Positions 1 to 10,126 of a stretch of 64,000 nucleotides of DNA are shown piece after piece; position 1 is the first letter of the stretch, and every line of letters begins with the position of its first letter. Both the position numbers and the translations under genes were made by a program. The DNA lies in assembly GCA_041622995.1 (NCBI GenBank), contig JBFJXR010000002.1, positions 68,084 through 132,083 on the forward strand. The letters run 5' to 3'. The notes below the pieces were generated by a model, which saw only the letters and a list, made by a program, of their open reading frames with translations, was not told the DNA's origin and did not search any database. The stretch is from Nevskiales bacterium. Its GTDB lineage: Bacteria; Pseudomonadota; Gammaproteobacteria; Nevskiales; CAJXLF01.

Positions 1-528
1 ATTTGTCATCAGTGGCCCGTATTTCGAGCTGCGTTTGGCATGAAGCCGGGCCAATTGAATGCCGAGGTTGCCTAGATGCTCAATCGGGGTATCGAGTTCG
101 AATATTTCTCCCTCAATATAATTGCTGACCAGATTAACTGATGCGTGTTGGAGGTAATACGGCCATGTCGTGTTGGAAGTAAGGACTTTCGGTGTATTTA
201 CCCCCAGATTAGGCGCCTGGGCAAGAAAACACGCCAGGTTACGCAAGCCTCTGGGGGTGTAATGTATATATACAATACACCTGCCTGCATATGTGTCGAG
301 CATGAGTTTGCGGAATTTGTAGTTTCTTCTGATCCGCTCAATGCGGAATTCAGCTGTATCGTACCCCGCTTCTTTGAGAACTCCATTCAGGTACCCCTTG
401 GATTCAAGGGAAGATTGCAGCGTGATAAGAAACCCGGGAAGCGAATTTCTTATGGATGTTTCCTTGCTAATGGGTTCAAGTGGCACGAAATAAGATTCTC
501 TATTGAAAATTTCATGGCTGGAAATCAT
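1..528 (-). CDS. Protein-kinase-like / aminoglycoside-phosphotransferase-fold protein. The 5' part lies in the window and the 3' end is cut off by the left edge.
   Basis: Manual reverse-strand translation from ATG (528..526) to base 1 gives 176 codons with no stop: MISSHEIFNRESYFVPLEPISKETS...LVSNYIEGEIFELDTPIEHLGNLGIQLARLHAKRSSKYGPLMTN. The YIEGE hinge plus LG..LA.LH pattern is typical of APH/ePK-like kinases and parallels the 14290..15186 protein (LIEYIEGSEP...IGISLAQMH). An AGGGG Shine-Dalgarno-like element sits just upstream. The ORF track misses it because the ORF runs off the edge. Confidence 0.55.
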   Translation of the reverse strand, partial: MISSHEIFNRESYFVPLEPISKETSIRNSLPGFLITLQSSLESKGYLNGVLKEAGYDTAEFRIERIRRNYKFRKLMLDTYAGRCIVYIHYTPRGLRNLACFLAQAPNLGVNTPKVLTSNTTWPYYLQHASVNLVSNYIEGEIFELDTPIEHLGNLGIQLARLHAKRSSKYGPLMTN

Positions 529-711
529 TGCCCCTACATCAGAGATATGGAACCGGACGCTGCCTGCCACAAGAGACTGCTACGGAGAGTATTCTACTTT
601 ACCCGGTCATTGAAAGTATTATTTATGGGGCATTAATATGGATACTTTCTCCCTTACTCTCTGACTGTAGTAGAATTTCGCCCTCATTAATTACATTTTA
701 CTGAGTTCCGA

Positions 712-1893
712 ATGCTGAAGAAGAAATTGCCTGTTATGACCGTTATGGCATTGGTTATTGCTGGCTGCGCCAATCTTCCCTCTCAAGGGCCCCGGGTTGC
801 TGATATTCAGCAGGAATATCAATCGGCTAAAGAGCGAAAGTTTGAACTCGTCGAAGTGAATGAGAAAACGATCACCGTGCTTAAGCGACAGTCCTCGGAA
901 GGGCTGTATGCCCGTTTCGGTGATTACCGTCCTTCGCCAAGCCCGACAATCGGCATAGGAGACGGACTGGCAATAACAATCTGGGAGACCGGCCAGAACA
1001 GCATGTTTGGTGGGGGAGGCGGTAAGTTCTCAGGTATAGAGGGCTTGAAAAGCCCAGGCAATAACGACTCTTCACTGCCAATTCTTACAGTTAATAGAGA
1101 AGGCCGGATCACCGTGCCCTATGTTGGGCAGGTAAGTGTTGTGGATCGTACGCCATTTGAAGTTCAATCTGTGATCCAGGAAGGCCTGGCTGGCAAGTCC
1201 GTTGAGCCTCAGGTGCTTGTGACTATTGCTAGGCGTGCATCGTCCGCGGTAACTATTGTTGGTGAGGTGGTTTCCGGTGCGCGTATTCCCCTTGATGAAT
1301 ATAGTTATCGATTGCTTGATGTGATCGCAACGACAGGCGGCATTAAGGTGCCTTTGCATGAGGCTTACGTACAGATAACGCGTTCTGGTAATACGGAAGT
1401 CGTACCGTTTAAGGATATTCTTGAAAATCCTATGGAAAACATACAGATGCACCCGGGGGATGTGGTTGCGGTTTTACGCCGACCACAAACCTATACGGTG
1501 TTTGGCGCAACGGGACGTAACTCACAGATTACGTTTGATACTCCAAAACTAAACTTGCTTGAGGCTCTGGCAAAATCAGGTGGTCTGTTAGACCCATTGG
1601 CAGACCCTAAGGGTGTTTATTTGCTCAGACATGAGCCAGTAGAGGTGGTTAACGAGCTTGTGGATGACCGACAGGCACCCTCGAGACAGGATGGCGTTCC
1701 AGTCATATATCAGATAGATATGAGCAAGGCCGGGAGTTACTTTACCGCGCAATCTCTTGAGGTAGAAAATAGAGATGTGCTCTATGTTTCCAGCGCTTCT
1801 GCAACAGAGCTGCAAAAATTCCTGTTATTGGTTGGTCTGATTTCCCAGCCGATTATTACCGGTGCAACGGTTACCAGTGTGGCTGATAACTAA
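712..1893 (+). CDS. Outer-membrane polysaccharide export lipoprotein (OPX family, CtrA/BexD/Wza-like)
   Basis: 393 aa. Lipoprotein signal peptide (MALVIAGC). Size and sequence pattern match Poly_export plus SLBB domain proteins such as Neisseria CtrA and Haemophilus BexD. It sits in the same locus as KpsE/M/T-type genes. Confidence 0.85.
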   Translation: MLKKKLPVMTVMALVIAGCANLPSQGPRVADIQQEYQSAKERKFELVEVNEKTITVLKRQSSEGLYARFGDYRPSPSPTIGIGDGLAITIWETGQNSMFGGGGGKFSGIEGLKSPGNNDSSLPILTVNREGRITVPYVGQVSVVDRTPFEVQSVIQEGLAGKSVEPQVLVTIARRASSAVTIVGEVVSGARIPLDEYSYRLLDVIATTGGIKVPLHEAYVQITRSGNTEVVPFKDILENPMENIQMHPGDVVAVLRRPQTYTVFGATGRNSQITFDTPKLNLLEALAKSGGLLDPLADPKGVYLLRHEPVEVVNELVDDRQAPSRQDGVPVIYQIDMSKAGSYFTAQSLEVENRDVLYVSSASATELQKFLLLVGLISQPIITGATVTSVADN

Positions 1894-1954
1894 CTTAATA
1901 ACTATAAGTGCCAATTTGTTTGTACATTCACCTAATAACCCGATGATTTAGTCT

Positions 1955-4900
1955 ATGACTTTTATTTCTTATGCACAGAATTATGAAGACGTAACACTTT
2001 GGCGTGCGTTGAAGCATGTCAAAAATGGCACTTATATTGATGTGGGTGCGCAACATCCTGAGGAGTGTTCAGTAACAAAAGCGTTTTACGATTCTGGTTG
2101 GACCGGTATAAATGTAGAGCCAGTAAAGCAGTGGTTTAAACTTATAAAGGAGAGCAGGCCTAAAGACATAAATTTAAATATTGCCTTAGCAGATAAAGTT
2201 GAAGCTAAAAGAACTTTATTTGAAGTTGAAGGCACAGGCATGTCAACGTGCAATCGTAAATACGCAGATATGCACGAAAAAGATGGTTTTAAAGTCAAAA
2301 AAATATTAGTGCCTACCTCAACTTTATCCGAATTGTGCGAAAAGTATATCTCGGATGAAATTCATTTCCTGAAAATAGACGTAGAAGGCGCTGAGAAAGC
2401 AGTGCTCGAAGGAGCGGACTTCTCAAAGTATCGACCATGGGTGATTTTAATTGAAGCAACTGAACCAAATAGCCCAATTAGTGCACATAAAAATTGGGAA
2501 GATATTTTGCTTAAGAATAATTATAAATTCGTATGGTTTGATGGGTTGAATCGCTTTTATGTGTCTGGCGAAAAAAGAAAAGAATTGGCGAAGCTGATTG
2601 CGCAGCCGCCCAACATTTACGATGAATTTACGCCTAATACCCAAAATGTCTATTTAAAAAATATAAAAGAATTAACTAATAAAATCGAAAGTCTTTCATG
2701 TGAGCTTACCGCACTTGAAAGCCAGAAAATTAGTATTTCAGATGAATTAGAATTGACCCACCAAACAAGTCATAGACTGTTATTAGAAAAGCAGCAGCTC
2801 GAGGCTGATTTATCCCAAGTTAATACTGTGCTTAATAACTATATTGCACTTTGGGAAAATTCTCAGAATGAAGTTAAAGGGCTTTATGAAACGAGAGGGG
2901 AATTAAGTACTCATATTTCTTACCTCGAAAATGAAAAAAATGAATTGATTAGAAAAACTAAAAAAACTGCAATTGAAATTTCGCAATTAGTAGAAAATTT
3001 AGAGGTTGCAAAGAATGAGGGGGATAAAGCTAAGTTGAAATGCGAGGAACTGAGTTCGCAGCTTTCAATATTAGAAGGTCAGCATTCTGAGTTAATACAG
3101 CAAAATAATTTAAATCGACAGCATATTGAGTACATAGACCCAAAGTATTCTTTATTGGAAGATGAGCATGTAAGGCAAGTTGCACAAGAGCAACTCTATA
3201 AAAGACATATTGCTTATATCGAAGCCAAACTATTAAAAATTGAAAATAGCAGTTCCTGGAAGTTAGTTAAGCCGTTCAGAGCAGGGAAACGTCGTTATAG
3301 AAAGGACACTAAGAAAATACGTAAGGCGCTGAAAAGGTTTTATGTAAAAGTATTCAGGCCGTTAAGTAAAAACGATGGTGTGAAGAGGACTGAATTTAAA
3401 GTAATTGATCGAGGAAATCTGAATCTGCCGAACACTGATACGGATTCGATACAATACGCGTTATCCGTAGGGCAAAGAATTATTTACTACTATGTGGATC
3501 ACACTTTAGATTGCCCGGTTAATACAGGTGTACAACGAGTAACGCGTAATCTGGCAACTAAGTTGATCGATAGTGGTGAGAAAATAGTATTTGTGAAGTG
3601 GGATGCGGAACTTAATAAAATAATTCTTCTAAATAGAAATGACCTAGATAATCTTGAAAAATGGCAAGGTCCTAAACTTGGATTTGAAGATAAAGCAATA
3701 TATCCGGCTAAAGGTGAAAAAGTAGAGATATCACAAGAGCATATTTATGACGAGGGACATTGGCTTTTAGTGCCAGAAGTACCATTCATAACCTTTCATC
3801 CTGAGCCGGTAACTTTAAACTTAATATTGGCTGCTAAGGTAGCAGGGCTACGCTCGGCATTTGTTTTTTACGATGCTATACCTCTTAAACGCCCAGAGTT
3901 TGTTGATATCGCTCCTGTTCACGAGGAGTATATGCAGCACTTGCTCCTGGCCGACCTTATCTTTCCAATTTCTGACTTTTCAGCAAACGACCTCCATGCG
4001 TTCTTTAAATATAGACTGGGAGCCGATAATTCGTCAGTTCCAAAGATAAAAAGTATACGGCTACCCGCGGAATCATTGTTTGCTAAAAGAGTAAGTGAGC
4101 CACTTCCTAAGCGGGAAAAGTTGATTCTATCTGTAGGCACTCTGGATAGACGTAAAAATCAACTCGCACTGGTTAGAGCCTTTTTGCATTGCATGGATAA
4201 AGGACCAGATATGGGTTGGAAACTCATATTGGTTGGGAGTGTTCATGATGATATTAAGGATGAATTGCATAACCTTATAAAGGACAACAAAGCAATAGAA
4301 CTGCGCAAAGATGTGGGAGATGATGAGTTAGAGAATCTGTATGAAGATTGTTCATTTACCGTCTTCCCTTCTGTTGAAGAGGGTTTTGGATTGCCAATTC
4401 TTGAAAGTCTTTGGCATGGCAAACCTTGTATTTGTGCAAGCTTTGGCGCAATGGCTGAAGTCGCAGTGGGTGGGGGTTGTATTCAGGTTGACGTTAATAA
4501 TGAAAGTAAAATTGCAAACGCCGTGGGACAATTGATTAATAATCCTAAGAAGCTTGAAAAGCTTTCTATAGAAGCAGTAGAAAGGCAGCTTTCAAGTTGG
4601 GCTGACTATGCTAAAGAGGTGTCTCAGCTGCTTGATACCACTTCTGATGCACGCTCCAGGATTGGAACAATATATTATTTGGTGGAGCATACTTTTAGTT
4701 TTGCTCATAACACAGGGATTCAACGTGTAGTAAGGAGTTTGGCTAAAGGATTGCTTGAATCTGGTTACCAATTACAAGCTGTTAAATGGAATAGCGAAAC
4801 TGGTAAATTCTATTCGCCGACTATAGATGAGTTATCCCATTTATCAAAGTGGAATGGTCCTGATGTAAACCTCTGGAAAATCGGTGAGCTGCCAGAAAGA

Positions 4901-6943
4901 TTTTCAATAAAAGATTGGCTTTTGATACCAGAGCTTACGGTTTATTCTGGAGCACATGATCTTAAGAAGCTTAAGGCCTCTACAGATGAAGTAGGGCTTC
5001 GAGTCGCATGGATATTTTATGATGCGATTCCATGGAAAATGTCTGATATTTATCCCCAACACTGGGGCGATGCTCACGCAGAATACATGAGGGCATTGAA
5101 TACTTTTGATCTGGTTCTGGCAATTTCACGACACAGCAGAAATGATCTGAAGGAATACTTGAAAACTACCGGTTGTAGAATGCCAGAAGTTGATCGCAGA
5201 ATCCTTGCTTGTCAGCTTCCAGGCGAATTTTCACACATTAAAAGAATTACTGAAGTTAAAAATGATGTTGATGACAAGGTTAGAATATTGTGCGTAGGAT
5301 CTGTGGAGTTAAGGAAAAACCAGACCACATTAATAAACGCATTTGACTTGGTTAACAAGAGCACGAAAAAAAATATTGAATTAGTAATAGCAGGTGGGTG
5401 TTACCTTCCAGAAGAATATATACAACCATTTAGGGATCTCGTGTCATCGACTGCCGGAGTGACTTGGATCGAATCCCCTGATGACAAGCAACTAAGTGAG
5501 TTATATGAATGTAGTGATTTTAGCGTTTATCCGTCCGTTGAAGAAGGTTTTGGTTTGCCAATTCTTGAGAGTCTTTGGCATTGTCGTCCTTCAATTTGTC
5601 ATAACAAAGGGGCAATGGCAGAAGTAGCAGAAGGTGGTGGATGTCTCACTGCGGACGTCACTGACGTTGACGCACTAGCAGAAGCTATTTCGACTCTAGT
5701 TGACAATAAAAGTAAAAGACTGGAACTTGCAAAGCATGCCAGCAAGATGACATTCCGTAGTTGGAAAGAGTATGCGAACGATGTCGTCTATAGGATGACC
5801 AATTCTGCTGTATTTAAAGTACCCAATAATGATCTGACCAACGTTTCTCTACCTGCTACAGCTTCTGCATTCAGCAAGAAATTTATCAATACTGATCAAA
5901 TGCCATTGTTGTCAATTTGCATATCTACATATAACCGTGCTCCTTGGTTGAAAGTAAGCTTGAGAAACTTGGAAAGGCTAATAGGTGAGGGCGAAGATGG
6001 TATTGAAGTAGTTGTTTGTGACAATGCCTCAACTGACAACACTTCTGAAATTGTAAAGCCTTACCTGTCACGTAAGGATTTTCATTACCATAGAAATAAA
6101 GTCAATGTTGGAATGTTGGGTAATTTAAGTGTTACAGCAAATAAAGCCAGAGGTAAATATGTCTGGATTCTCGGAGATGATGATTTGGTTTTACCAGGTG
6201 CTATCGAAAGGATTTTGCACACAATTAAGAGAAACAAAGACTTAGCACTCGTATATTTGAATTATTCGTATACACGAGAAGATGCGCCAGATTCTGTCGA
6301 GAACCTGGATAGCTTTCTACAAAAAGGAATTCCAATAGTTGCACCAGAGGAAGATTTCTATGGGTCAGTTGCTGAATGTTCAGTTAGATCAGAAAACTTC
6401 TTCACGGCAATATATTGTTTGGTATTTAGGCGAGATCACGCGATAAAAGCCTATTCGCAGAATACGGATGGACGACCATTCAGCACTATGCTTACCTGTA
6501 TACCAACAACTTATCACGTACTTAATGAAATGATGGACTTGCCTGCTGCTTGGATAGGTGAGCCGCAAGTTGTTATTAATATGAATGTTTCCTGGCTTAA
6601 ATATGCGTCTCTTTGGATATTGGAGAGATTCCCGGAAGTTTATGATCGAGCTGAGATTATGGGCGCAGACCCCAAGAGTGTGGATAAATGGCGAATAAAT
6701 TACATACCTCACATAAAAGACCAGTTTGCAGGAATATTTGAGAATGACCCTGAAGAAAACGCTATTTACTTCAATCCAAAAAAACTGGTTACAAGATATA
6801 AGCACCTTGAGGAATTCAGAGCGGAGTTTCCTTATTTAATAGATATATATAAGCGTGCCCATCAGGCTGGAAAGATAGGGGCGGAACTTCCTGTCTCACA
6901 AGTATTTCCCGCACTCAACGTTGAATCCAGAAGCGAGGGTTAA
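1955..6943 (+). CDS. Multidomain polysaccharide assembly protein. Approximate domain spans: FkbM-type methyltransferase 1955-2600, coiled coil 2650-3245, GT4 module 1 3470-4650, GT4 module 2 4655-5800, GT2 domain 5897-6600, followed by a C-terminal extension.
   Basis: 1662-aa ORF. The N-terminus (QNYEDV...YIDVGA...FLKIDVEGAEKAVL) is FkbM-like. About 200 aa are heptad-rich and Glu/Leu/Gln/Asn-rich (KNIKELTNKIESLSCELTALESQK...EAKLLKIENSSSW). Two GT4 cores each carry EEGFGLPILESLWH. The GT2 signature is LSICISTYNR...VCDNASTDNT...LGDDD. Confidence 0.85.
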   Translation: MTFISYAQNYEDVTLWRALKHVKNGTYIDVGAQHPEECSVTKAFYDSGWTGINVEPVKQWFKLIKESRPKDINLNIALADKVEAKRTLFEVEGTGMSTCNRKYADMHEKDGFKVKKILVPTSTLSELCEKYISDEIHFLKIDVEGAEKAVLEGADFSKYRPWVILIEATEPNSPISAHKNWEDILLKNNYKFVWFDGLNRFYVSGEKRKELAKLIAQPPNIYDEFTPNTQNVYLKNIKELTNKIESLSCELTALESQKISISDELELTHQTSHRLLLEKQQLEADLSQVNTVLNNYIALWENSQNEVKGLYETRGELSTHISYLENEKNELIRKTKKTAIEISQLVENLEVAKNEGDKAKLKCEELSSQLSILEGQHSELIQQNNLNRQHIEYIDPKYSLLEDEHVRQVAQEQLYKRHIAYIEAKLLKIENSSSWKLVKPFRAGKRRYRKDTKKIRKALKRFYVKVFRPLSKNDGVKRTEFKVIDRGNLNLPNTDTDSIQYALSVGQRIIYYYVDHTLDCPVNTGVQRVTRNLATKLIDSGEKIVFVKWDAELNKIILLNRNDLDNLEKWQGPKLGFEDKAIYPAKGEKVEISQEHIYDEGHWLLVPEVPFITFHPEPVTLNLILAAKVAGLRSAFVFYDAIPLKRPEFVDIAPVHEEYMQHLLLADLIFPISDFSANDLHAFFKYRLGADNSSVPKIKSIRLPAESLFAKRVSEPLPKREKLILSVGTLDRRKNQLALVRAFLHCMDKGPDMGWKLILVGSVHDDIKDELHNLIKDNKAIELRKDVGDDELENLYEDCSFTVFPSVEEGFGLPILESLWHGKPCICASFGAMAEVAVGGGCIQVDVNNESKIANAVGQLINNPKKLEKLSIEAVERQLSSWADYAKEVSQLLDTTSDARSRIGTIYYLVEHTFSFAHNTGIQRVVRSLAKGLLESGYQLQAVKWNSETGKFYSPTIDELSHLSKWNGPDVNLWKIGELPERFSIKDWLLIPELTVYSGAHDLKKLKASTDEVGLRVAWIFYDAIPWKMSDIYPQHWGDAHAEYMRALNTFDLVLAISRHSRNDLKEYLKTTGCRMPEVDRRILACQLPGEFSHIKRITEVKNDVDDKVRILCVGSVELRKNQTTLINAFDLVNKSTKKNIELVIAGGCYLPEEYIQPFRDLVSSTAGVTWIESPDDKQLSELYECSDFSVYPSVEEGFGLPILESLWHCRPSICHNKGAMAEVAEGGGCLTADVTDVDALAEAISTLVDNKSKRLELAKHASKMTFRSWKEYANDVVYRMTNSAVFKVPNNDLTNVSLPATASAFSKKFINTDQMPLLSICISTYNRAPWLKVSLRNLERLIGEGEDGIEVVVCDNASTDNTSEIVKPYLSRKDFHYHRNKVNVGMLGNLSVTANKARGKYVWILGDDDLVLPGAIERILHTIKRNKDLALVYLNYSYTREDAPDSVENLDSFLQKGIPIVAPEEDFYGSVAECSVRSENFFTAIYCLVFRRDHAIKAYSQNTDGRPFSTMLTCIPTTYHVLNEMMDLPAAWIGEPQVVINMNVSWLKYASLWILERFPEVYDRAEIMGADPKSVDKWRINYIPHIKDQFAGIFENDPEENAIYFNPKKLVTRYKHLEEFRAEFPYLIDIYKRAHQAGKIGAELPVSQVFPALNVESRSEG

Positions 6944-6944
6944 A

Positions 6945-8183
6945 ATGGATAATTATTGGAAAATTGATGGATGCCGGATCAGTGGTAGCAAAAATCTGGT
7001 TTCTGTACTTGATCTCGGGAAGCAGGCATTAACCGGTGTTTTTCCTACTCATCAGGATGAACATGTGACCGAGGGGCCGCTGGAGTTAGTTTGGTGTCCA
7101 GATAGTGGTTTATTACAGTTAAATCATTCATACGAGCCTACGGAAATGTATGGTGATAACTATGGATACCGTTCAGGTTTAAACCAGTCCATGGTGGATC
7201 ATCTCACTAGCAAAGTGGCATATCTTGAACGTCTTGCTTCACCTCAGGCAGGTGATGTCATTGTTGACATAGGAAGTAATGACTGCACCACTTTAAAAGC
7301 CTATAGAACTCAGGGGCTTAGACGCATAGGTATAGACCCAACTGGTAAGAAGTTTCTTCAGTATTATCCGAAAGAAATTACACTTGTTGCAGATTTCTTT
7401 TCAAGTGGCGCTTATCGAACTGTGGAGTCTTCAAAAGCGAAAATAGTCACTTCAATTGCGATGTTCTATGACCTGGAGTCTCCAGTAGAATTTGCCCGGC
7501 AGATCGCATCAATATTAGCGGACGATGGTATTTGGCATTTTGAACAAAGTTATATGCCCTCTATGCTCCGGACAAATTCGTATGACACCATTTGCCATGA
7601 GCACCTGGAGTATTACTCACTTGGCGCAGTTAAATACATTCTGGAAGAGGCAGGCTTGAGAATTGCTGACGTAGTTATGAATGGGGTAAATGGGGGAAGC
7701 TTCGCGGTGACTGCGGCGAAAAAAGAGAATCAAACCATCCCGACCAATAGTGCTGTGATTGATTGGCTACTTGAGCAGGAAGAACGAATGGGTTTGGGGA
7801 CGGATCAACCACTTCGTGAATTTAAAGAGCGTGTTTTCAGACATCGTGACGACCTGACAAGACTAATTCGTGCACTCAATGCTGACGGCAAAAAAGTCTT
7901 GGGCTACGGCGCATCCACCAAAGGTAATGTTCTATTACAGTTTTGTGGATTTACCGAGAAAGATATACCAGCAATAGCAGAGGTGAATCCTGATAAATTT
8001 GAATGTTTCACCCCGGGTTCACGCATCCCTATAATTTCAGAAGATGATGCGAAGGCCATGAATCCTGATTACTTCCTAGTGCTGCCCTGGCATTTTAAGA
8101 GTGGAATCCTGGAAAGAGAGAAGGATTATCTGGCTTCGGGTGGCAAGATGATTTTCCCGTTCCCTGAAATCGAGATAGTTTAA
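6945..8183 (+). CDS. Class I SAM-dependent methyltransferase of the NDP-sugar C-methyltransferase-like family (Methyltransf_13/14 architecture)
   Basis: Sequence pattern DGCRISG..LVSVLDLGKQALTGVFP...PLELVWCPDSGLLQL...YGYRSG.N.SM..HL, a SAM motif VVDIGSNDC, and a C-terminal domain with LGYGASTKGN and FLVLPWHF. I moved the start to the ATG at 6945, directly after the upstream stop; the ORF-track start at 6921 overlaps the previous gene. Confidence 0.75.
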   Translation: MDNYWKIDGCRISGSKNLVSVLDLGKQALTGVFPTHQDEHVTEGPLELVWCPDSGLLQLNHSYEPTEMYGDNYGYRSGLNQSMVDHLTSKVAYLERLASPQAGDVIVDIGSNDCTTLKAYRTQGLRRIGIDPTGKKFLQYYPKEITLVADFFSSGAYRTVESSKAKIVTSIAMFYDLESPVEFARQIASILADDGIWHFEQSYMPSMLRTNSYDTICHEHLEYYSLGAVKYILEEAGLRIADVVMNGVNGGSFAVTAAKKENQTIPTNSAVIDWLLEQEERMGLGTDQPLREFKERVFRHRDDLTRLIRALNADGKKVLGYGASTKGNVLLQFCGFTEKDIPAIAEVNPDKFECFTPGSRIPIISEDDAKAMNPDYFLVLPWHFKSGILEREKDYLASGGKMIFPFPEIEIV

Positions 8184-8197
8184 GGATAAACATATAA

Positions 8198-9234
<1,037 letters not shown>

Positions 9235-9235
<1 letters not shown>

Positions 9236-10101
9236 TGCGATTACTCATAACAGGAGCTGCAGGATTTACAGGTAGTTATGTTTCCAAGTCAGCAAAAGAG
9301 AATAACTACAAAGTGTACGAGCTTAAATCTAATCTATGCAATTCTACAGAAGTTGAAGATGAGATCGCTAACTTTAGGCCTACTCATGTTATACATTTGG
9401 CATCAATTAGTGCAGTTACTCACGCGGAAGAATTGGCTTTTTATCAGGTAAACCTATTTGGCTCCCTTAATTTGCTTAAGGCATTGACTAAGCTTGTCGT
9501 GCCGCCTGAAAAAATTATTCTTGCTAGTAGTGCTAATGTATATGGGAACACAGCTGTATCGCCCATATCTGAGGCTCAGATTCCTTGCCCGAATAATCAT
9601 TATGCCGTCAGTAAATTATCAATGGAGTATCTCTCGCAGACATACATGGGTGCGTTGCCAATTGTCTTGGCACGACCGTTTAATTACACTGGGGTAGGTC
9701 ATGATCAACGGTTCATAATTCCAAAGTTGATTAAGCATTTCACATCTAAAGAGGCCACTATCGAGCTAGGTAACATTAATGTAGAACGGGAATTTAATGA
9801 TGTTCGTTTTGTGTGTGAGGCCTACATGTCGCTCTTGGAGTCTGGCAGAGCTGGCGAAATTTATAATATATGTAGTGGCAAACCAACAAGTTTACGATCT
9901 GTTATAGACATACTAAGAAATATGACTAATCACGATATTGAGATAGTAACAAACAAAAAGTTTATGCGCGATAATGAAGTTTACAGCTTATGCGGCGACC
10001 CCAGTAAGTTAATTTCTTGTATTGGGGAAGTAAACTCAATTTCTCTAGAAGACACCTTAGGATGGATGCTTGATAGTTTTTCTCGTGGTGACTCGATCTA
10101 G
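9235..10101 (+). CDS. rmd: GDP-4-keto-6-deoxy-D-mannose reductase (Rmd-like; product GDP-D-rhamnose or possibly GDP-6-deoxy-D-talose)
   Basis: 288-aa SDR with TGAAGFTGSY and YAVSKL motifs. It is translationally coupled to gmd (the ATG overlaps the gmd stop), the same gmd-rmd pairing seen in D-rhamnan loci. The stereochemistry of the product cannot be read from sequence. Confidence 0.75.
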
Positions 10102-10126
10102 CTAGAAAATTTCAGGTACTCTGAGG

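Noticed and set aside
145-636. 163-aa plus-strand ORF from the track
   Set aside because: It has no recognisable family and an odd Cys/Arg-rich composition. It lies exactly antisense to an uninterrupted 176-codon kinase-like reading frame (528..1) that has a Shine-Dalgarno and a recognisable motif pattern. I treat it as an antisense shadow ORF.
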